64,000 nt of DNA from Eledone cirrhosa. Its lineage: Eukaryota. Shown here piece by piece: positions 55,241-64,000 of the stretch. Each line of letters starts with the position of its first letter. Positions within the stretch are counted from its first letter, which is position 1. The notes below the pieces were generated by a model that searched no databases, was not told the origin of the DNA, and was given only the letters and a program-made list of their open reading frames with translations. The position numbers were made by a program, and so were the translations under genes. Location: assembly GCA_964016885.1 (NCBI GenBank), contig CAXHJY010001150.1:142373-206372 (forward strand), given 5' to 3'.

Positions 55241-55847
55241 GGTGGCTGCCAACTCGTTTTCGAGTACGGCCACTACTTTATATCCATGTAGGAGAACCCC
55301 TACTGATGCGCTGAACGAGTGTGACTTTTTAGTCCAGCCAGCGACTTGAAAGCTCTGGTACAAACACTACACTTGTGACAATTATTGACACATAGTGCTG
55401 GGCCCATGGTACCATGTGACGACAAATGCAGAGAGATCTCCAGATATAAAGCAATGCCTGTGCCGTGAAGCTTTTATAGTGAGCAAAGGCACTGCACAAA
55501 GCCAGTCCCACTCTCTTAACCAAGATGATATTTACCAAAAAGAAGAACAAGTCAACATCATTGGATACCATCAGGGTTGCAGGTGTTATATCAGAGTTTT
55601 CCTTCTCCTAGAATTCTGCCTTGACAAAGGCTAAGGGGTCATCTCTCCCGGTGATTTTGGATGGCCATTGACTCTTAAGAGCTCCTTTGCCTTTTGACAG
55701 GTTTTGTTTTTAGTCCTGCAGGATGTCCAAAGTCACCCTCCTCACCAAGAAACCTTGGTGGGGTTGCCAGTTTAGTCGCCAACGACCCGACCATGGGACA
55801 GGTTGTACTGGAATACATGTTACCAGTAGCACCAACTGGTGACCTGA
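55241..55847 (-). mobile_element. ~600-bp non-coding interspersed element (copy 2)
   Basis: Reverse complement of 30633-31232. Confidence 0.85.
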
Positions 55848-55848
55848 C

Positions 55849-55988
<140 letters not shown>

Positions 55989-56241
55989 TTAGAAACACAC
56001 AGATACATGCGGACACACACATATATACATGAATGCATCCGCACCCAACTGTGAGTTAAGGGTGCCAACTTCACCGATGATGCTCAATGAATGACTGGGA
56101 CAGACCAATTCAGTTTGAACTAGACTTAACCAGTATCAGAGTTAAAAATACATTATGAAGAGAGAAGAAACATTTAGCTATAATTAGTAATAAAATGTAT
56201 CATACCTAAACTGATACATATATATACATATATATATATAC

Positions 56242-56274
<33 letters not shown>

Positions 56275-56339
56275 CATACATATATATATATATATACATA
56301 TATATACATATATACATATATATACATATATATATATAC

Positions 56340-56372
<33 letters not shown>

Positions 56373-56385
56373 CATATATATATAC

Positions 56386-56542
<157 letters not shown>

Positions 56543-56587
56543 CATATACATATATATATATACATATACATATATATATATACATAC

Positions 56588-56659
<72 letters not shown>

Positions 56660-56683
56660 ATATATATATATATACATATATAC

Positions 56684-56784
<101 letters not shown>

Positions 56785-56813
56785 CACATATATATATATA
56801 TATACATATATAC

Positions 56814-57114
<301 letters not shown>

Positions 57115-57124
57115 CATATATATC

Positions 57125-57201
<77 letters not shown>

Positions 57202-57251
57202 ATATATATACATATATATATATACATATATATATACATATATATATATAC

Positions 57252-57296
<45 letters not shown>

Positions 57297-57339
57297 CATA
57301 TATATATACATATATACATATATATATATACATATATAC

Positions 57340-57390
<51 letters not shown>

Positions 57391-57411
57391 CATATATGTA
57401 TATATATATAC

Positions 57412-57444
<33 letters not shown>

Positions 57445-57445
57445 C

Positions 57446-57476
<31 letters not shown>

Positions 57477-57499
57477 GATATAGATAGGTAAATATACAC

Positions 57500-58757
57500 G
57501 GGTGTGTATGATTGTGTATAGAAGATTATATTAATAAGAGGAATTCCAACTTTGTCTGATTTACTCGTTTTATTTACAATCCTTTAAAATATATATAATG
57601 GTATTATAATGAAATAGTATGATAGAATATTAAATTCTAAGTGTTAATTGAACAAGTACTTTCATGCTTTCGCAATCTTCAGGTTCATGATATGTGGTGA
57701 CAGTCGAGTTTGCAATTTTCAACTGTAATGAGATGGGTAAATTTCCTACCTTTTATACATTTTATACAGAGAAAAGTGGCTCCAGAATGCAAAGCCCTGT
57801 AAACTGTATTTCGACCAATCAGTGTGTAGTTTCACTGAATTACTACAGCTGATTGGTTTAAGCGTCACGGCTGGCTGAGCATGCTAACGACCAATAGTCA
57901 TATCCAACGTATCAATTGTTTTGCTTTTTTGAAATGATGAAAATAGCATTTTCTATTAATCATCACCATCAACATCACTTTTATTATTATTATTATTGTT
58001 GTTGTTGTTGTTGTTAGTGGTCGTGGTCATAGTGGTAGTAGAAGTAATACCCCTAGGCGTTATTATTGTTCATTTAGCTTGGGTTTGAATTTATCAATAA
58101 AATTCTTTTCTTTGATTTTTCTCTTGATTTCATTTGGGCTGTGTAATTTGTAGAATGGGAATATTATAAATATTCCCTGACCACATGTTGCCAGGTGGCC
58201 GCTTAGGGGTATCTGACGGACATTTGGGTCTCTGATTTGTTGACGGTGTACCCGTGCACGTTCCGATAGTGCATTTCCAGTTTGACCGACATATAGTTCT
58301 TCACAATTCGGGCATTTAATGCAGTAAATTAGATTTCTGCTTTTGCAGTTCATATTTGCATTTGTGAATATTTTTCCAGTTTTTGTTTTCATATATTGAC
58401 CGGCGTGTATGGATTGACATGTGCCGCATCGATTATCATTGCATTTAGATACAGTGAATGATTGGTCTTTGTTGTTAAGGTCAAACTTTGCTTTTGTTAG
58501 CAATTGCTTCAAATTTTTTGGCTGTCTTTTACTAAGAGTCAAAGATCGATCTGTGATTAAGCCTTTTAATTCATTACTTTGAGCAATGATCGGTAGGTTT
58601 GCTTTGGCAGTGTTGAAGATATTCTCGTGACATGGGTTGTGTGTCATTATAAATGGTATGACCAGTTCTTGGTTTCTTCTTCTTTGGGTTGTTCTAAGTT
58701 GTTGTATAGGTATTTTTATAGCCCGCTGTATGCCATTTTCTATAAGTAGAGATGGGT
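57500..58757 (-). mobile_element. 5'-truncated PLE (Neptune-like GIY-YIG C-terminus, stop at 58063) with 3' UTR and HHR
   Basis: [50 protein letters not shown]...RVHR...GH, KPKLN. The 5' end abuts (TA)n. Confidence 0.88.
57649..57687 (-). ncRNA. 39-nt minimal type I hammerhead ribozyme (family F)
   Basis: Stem I UGAAC/GUUCA; CUGAAGA; stem II UGC-GAAA-GCA; GAAA-GUAC-UU (palindromic loop III). Lies downstream of, and on the same strand as, a GIY-YIG ORF. Confidence 0.75.
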
Positions 58758-58794
58758 ATGTATATATATGTATATATATATATGTATATATATG

Positions 58795-58825
<31 letters not shown>

Positions 58826-58848
58826 GTATATATATATGTATATATATG

Positions 58849-58993
<145 letters not shown>

Positions 58994-59024
58994 CTATATA
59001 TATATATATATATATATGTATATC

Positions 59025-59289
<265 letters not shown>

Positions 59290-59291
59290 GT

Positions 59292-59330
<39 letters not shown>

Positions 59331-59768
59331 TATATATAGATATACATATATATACATATATATATATATATACATATATATACATATATATATATACATA
59401 TATATACATATATATATATATACATATATATACATATATATACATATATATACATATATATATATACATATATATATATACATATATATACATATATATA
59501 TATACATATATATACATATATATATATACATATATATATATACATATATATACATATATATATATACATATATATACATATATATATATACATATATATA
59601 CATATATATATATACATATATATACATATATATATACATATATATACATATATATATATACATATATATACATATATATATATACATATATATACATATA
59701 TATACATATATATATATACATATATATATACATATATATACATATATATACATATATATACATATATA

Positions 59769-60371
59769 TGGTGGCTGCCAACTCGTTTTCGAGTACGGCC
59801 ACTACTTTATATCCATGTAGGAGAACCCCTACCGATGCGCTGAACGAGTGTGACTTTTGAGTCCAGCCAGCGACTTGATAACTCTGGTACAAACACTACA
59901 CTTGTGACAATTATTGACACATAGTGCTGGGCCCATGGTACCATGCGACAAGTGCAGAGATCTCCAGATATAAAGCAATGCCTGTGCCATGAAGCTTTTA
60001 TAGTGAGCAAAGGCATTGCACAGAGCCAGTCCCACTCTCTTAACCAAGATGATATTTACCAAAAAGTAGAACAAGTCAACATCATTGGATACCATCAGGG
60101 TTGCAGGTGTTATATCAGAGTTTTCCTTCTCCTAGAATTCTGCCTTGACAAAGGCTAAGGGGTCATCTCTCCGGTGATTTTGGATGGCCATTGACTCTTA
60201 AGAGCTCCTTTGCCCTTTGACAGGTTTTGTTTTTAGTCCTGCAGGATGTCCAAAGTCACCCTCCTCACCAAGAAACCTTGGTGGGGTTGCCAGTTTAGTC
60301 GCCAACGACCCGACCATGAAACAGGTTGTACTGGGATACATGTTACCAGTAGCACCAACTGGTGACCTGAC
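59769..60371 (-). mobile_element. ~600-bp non-coding interspersed element (copy 3)
   Basis: Reverse complement of 30633-31232. Confidence 0.85.
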
Positions 60372-60594
60372 ATATATATACATATATATATACATATATA
60401 TACATATATATATACATATATATATATACATATATATACATATATATATTATACATATATATATATACATATATATACATATATATACATATATATATAT
60501 ACATATATATATACATATATATACATATATATACATATATATACATATATATACATATATATATATACATATATATATACATATATATATATAC

Positions 60595-60643
<49 letters not shown>

Positions 60644-60774
60644 CATATATATATATACATATATATATACATATATATATATACATATATATACATATAT
60701 ATATATACATATATATACATATATATATATACATATATATATACATATATATACATATATATACATATATATAC

Positions 60775-60805
<31 letters not shown>

Positions 60806-60845
60806 CATATATATACATACATATATATATATACATATATATACA

Positions 60846-60913
<68 letters not shown>

Positions 60914-60942
60914 TATACATATATATACATATATATATATAT

Positions 60943-63900
60943 AACGAAGGAAATGTGGTAAGGAACCAGGTGGACCATAACGCACCAAAGTACTCAATAC
61001 TTGAGGTAGTAGAGTGGGTAATAGGAACCAGTAAGACCCCGACAGCTGAGCTCAAGCCGTTTCGACGGCTAATTCTGGACTAAATGAAAATTATCCTGGT
61101 ATTTAAATAGCCGATCTTCTCAAGGGTAATTCCATATATGGTCAAAGTGATTGTCAAAAATCAGTAGTAATTCTGTGGTTGCAAATTAGTAGGGGAGATG
61201 GTGGCTAAACCTGCCAGTAGGAGAAAGAGGGGAGGGGGTGGAGTAGACCCAATCAAGCGTTGGTAGTGCCAGCTACAGCTGGGCATGAGGTCAAAGAAGA
61301 TACAGGGGAGGGGGAGGGGGAGGAAGTCGGAATGGTAGGTAGAACAATGGGGGGTAGAAATAGGAAAGAAAAAAAAAAAAAAAAAATACTGAGAGTGAAG
61401 AAAGGCAAATAAGTGTAAAGAAAAGTAAAGTAAATTAAATTCTACGACCTAGGTGTCAGGCTATTGGTAGGCGAGAATAAAATAAAGAAAGAAAGAAAGA
61501 AGTAAAAAAATAAATAAATGAATAAATAAGGAAATAAGTAAGAGAACTAGGTGGGACGAATAAGGCAAGGACCCTTTTAAGAGGTATAAGTACGTAAATG
61601 ATACGGTGACGGGTCAACAAAAGGGGCCAAAATACTAAAGAGACTACCACGAAATAAACAATAAAGGTTTCCATCCCGGGCCAGCAACGACCCAGTGCAG
61701 CAAAGTGAACTTGTACGAGATAATAATTCTGAGTCCCGAGAAAAATATATACTAATGCTAACTCTAAAAGATCTAAAACAAGCTACATGAAAGTTCGTAC
61801 GAAATAAAGGTAGAATACGGAGAAATAAATTCAGAATCCACCCCGCCCAGAAGAAGAGCGAAGCAAGAAATACTGAAACGAAAAAATAAGGCATGTGCCA
61901 CTAAGAAATATAGAGGGCACAGAGAATAGTGGGAGCGGTCGGAAAAAGGGGGAAAGTATCCGGGGTCTAAGCCAGCTGCTATAAAGGGCGGAGTCCGCCA
62001 AATCTATCAAAGACTAGGGGAGGGGGGGGGGTACTAAGGCTACATGGGGCCAAAGGGCAGCCTCGGGTGGGCGAGAAAAGACGCCGACAAAGGAGAAGAG
62101 CTGGGGTAGAAGGACAAAGGGGAGAGGGGGGAAGGAAATAAAGGAAGCGATAAAAGAATACAAAGAAGATCTTACGTCTTCCTTGGCAAGCAGGGGTTAC
62201 CTATTGCAAAATCGGCAACTGGGGTGTTATAGCCCTAGTCTACCCCCCCGGGTCATTATGGGGTTTGGGGGCGAGGTAAGTCCTACGCAATCTATGTTTA
62301 CATGCAGTAACCAGTTCATCTTTCTTGTTTAGGAGTTGGTCCGTCGAAAACAGCATTTGTAAAGTTTCCTCCGAGCATAAATTGCACGGACGGCGTCCTC
62401 CCGTGTAAGAATTGGCTCTGGACAGTAATCTCCAAGTGAGATCATAGGTGATGTTGTTGTCCTTGAGGTCCCATATGTGGCCCGAAAGTGTAGTGGCGTG
62501 ACGCCGGGCCGGGTTTCGGAAGGTATGTCTATGTTGGTATAGCCGGGTCTTGAAGTCACATGCGGTAAGTCCTATATAGGCTTTGTTGGAGGTATCCGTC
62601 CTCACGTTGCACTGGTAGATCACATTACGGTCTCTGCATCTATTGTCGAGTGGGCAAATAGATCTATCCGGGCAGTTACACCTCCTGGTCGGTTCTCCAC
62701 TGCTAATTAGGTTATTTCTGCCATCGGGGTTGAGTTTTTTGTTGTTAGAGGAGACGATGTTTTGTGCGAAGTTTGGTGTAGTGCTGTAAGAGAGTTTGAT
62801 GGTATTTTTGTTAATTATGTTGTGGTAGCGGTGTTGTAATGGGAAGTGTTTTTCAATGAGCCTAAAGAATAGTTTCCCGATGGGAGTAGTCACCTCTGCG
62901 TTGTGGGTAGGATTGAACCATGTTACATTGCGTGAGCGGCGGTGTGTCCTGCTGGTTCCGCTAATGGGAGCTGGACAGTAGGATATTTCCTCCCGGAAAC
63001 CACTCCGCTTGAGGGCCTGGTTGTAATAAGGCGCATGTTCATCGAATATCCGCTCATTAGCTGACAAACGGGATATGCGGAGGGAGATGTTTTTGACCAG
63101 GTTGTTTGTGATGTTCCTAGCATGGTTTGATCGGCGGTGGATGTAGTGCAGATTGTCATTAGGTTTCCTGTATGGGTAGTACAGGTCGTTTTCGAGGTCG
63201 AGGGTTACGTCCAGGAAGTTTACTCGGGTCAGGGACGTTTGTAGGGTTATTTTAAATCCCCAGTCGCGGAAGAATCTGATTAATTGTTTCCGGACCCGAT
63301 CTGTACTACTGGGGTTGTACCCTTTAAGGGTAAGGAGCCCATCATCACGGTACAATCCACCACCGAATGCAGGAAACATATCAGTGAGTTTGGCTATTAG
63401 GAATAATCCTATAAGATCAGTGACCTCCGCCGAATCCGTGGCGCCCATGCTGACGTCGAAGGGTGAGTCGGGAGCTCTTTTTATCCATTTAGAGTCGTCA
63501 AAGAGTAAGACTGTCTTCCTGGCGTGGAGGATGATTTTTCTTCCTGGTCGGTGATGGGCACGAGTGTTTCGGCGAATTCCAAGGCGGCAGTAAGTAGCGG
63601 TAAGGTGATAGAAGCATAGTAGCTCTCTATGTCGAACTGTATGAATTTAGTTTCTCGTTTATCCTCCATATTGCTGAACCAGGAGATTACTTCCTGGGTG
63701 TTGATCCATAGGCTAAGTCGGGTGTGTTGCTTGACTTTTGGTATCACGCGGTCTAGGATTATTTTGCTGATTCTCCCTATGTCGGACTTCGTTGGGTTAA
63801 TAAGCCTGATGGAGGGTTTACGGTCAAAATCGGATTTATGGTCCTTCAGTGTGAAGTATGGTGTCCGTGGGTCTAGAGGTTCCGTGCGGTCGGCGACCCC

Positions 63901-64000
63901 GAGGCTGGAGGTGATTTGTTGTCCATCTCGATTTATGTCCTCGATACAAGAGTGGTTGGCCTTTTTATAGGTGGAGTTTAGGCTGCTCCTGATCAGTGTG
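60943..64000 (-). mobile_element. Young Penelope-like element (Naiad-like): RT + GIY-YIG ORF from beyond 64000 to 62240, one frameshift near 63536
   Basis: TLKDHKSDF, RLINPTKSDIGRISK, FDIESYYASI, FDVSMGATDSAEV, LYRDDGL, NFLDVTLDL, VIYQC...YIGLT, CNLC...CKH. The 3' end abuts (TA)n. Confidence 0.93.

Noticed and set aside
62240-63448. Selenocysteine recoding, as reported for some Naiad PLEs
   Set aside because: All conserved Cys positions in the three Naiad-like remnants are normal Cys codons. I saw no in-frame TGA and no clear SECIS.

Overview
AT-rich, microsatellite-saturated eukaryotic DNA. The repeat landscape suggests a coleoid cephalopod such as Octopus; that assignment is inference. The only host gene is a complete 10-exon ornithine transcarbamylase (OTC) on the + strand (ATG 22159 to TAA 49283, 348 aa, ~17 kb intron 1), which the ORF track misses. 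Almost all long ORFs in the track are artefacts of (TA)n, (CAC)n/(GTG)n and satellite DNA. The rest is mobile DNA: at least five Penelope-like retroelement (PLE) remnants, RTE and CR1 LINE fragments, tRNA-derived SINEs with target-site duplications (TSDs), piggyBac-type MITEs, Helentron-like elements, a 5.5 kb 41-bp satellite and several fold-backs. The main hidden signal, found by folding by hand, is 14 type I hammerhead ribozyme (HHR) motifs from about seven sequence families, plus degenerate ones. Most lie in PLE terminal repeats or orphan repeat fragments next to (TA)n. Five lie in OTC intron 1, three of them in the OTC sense orientation.
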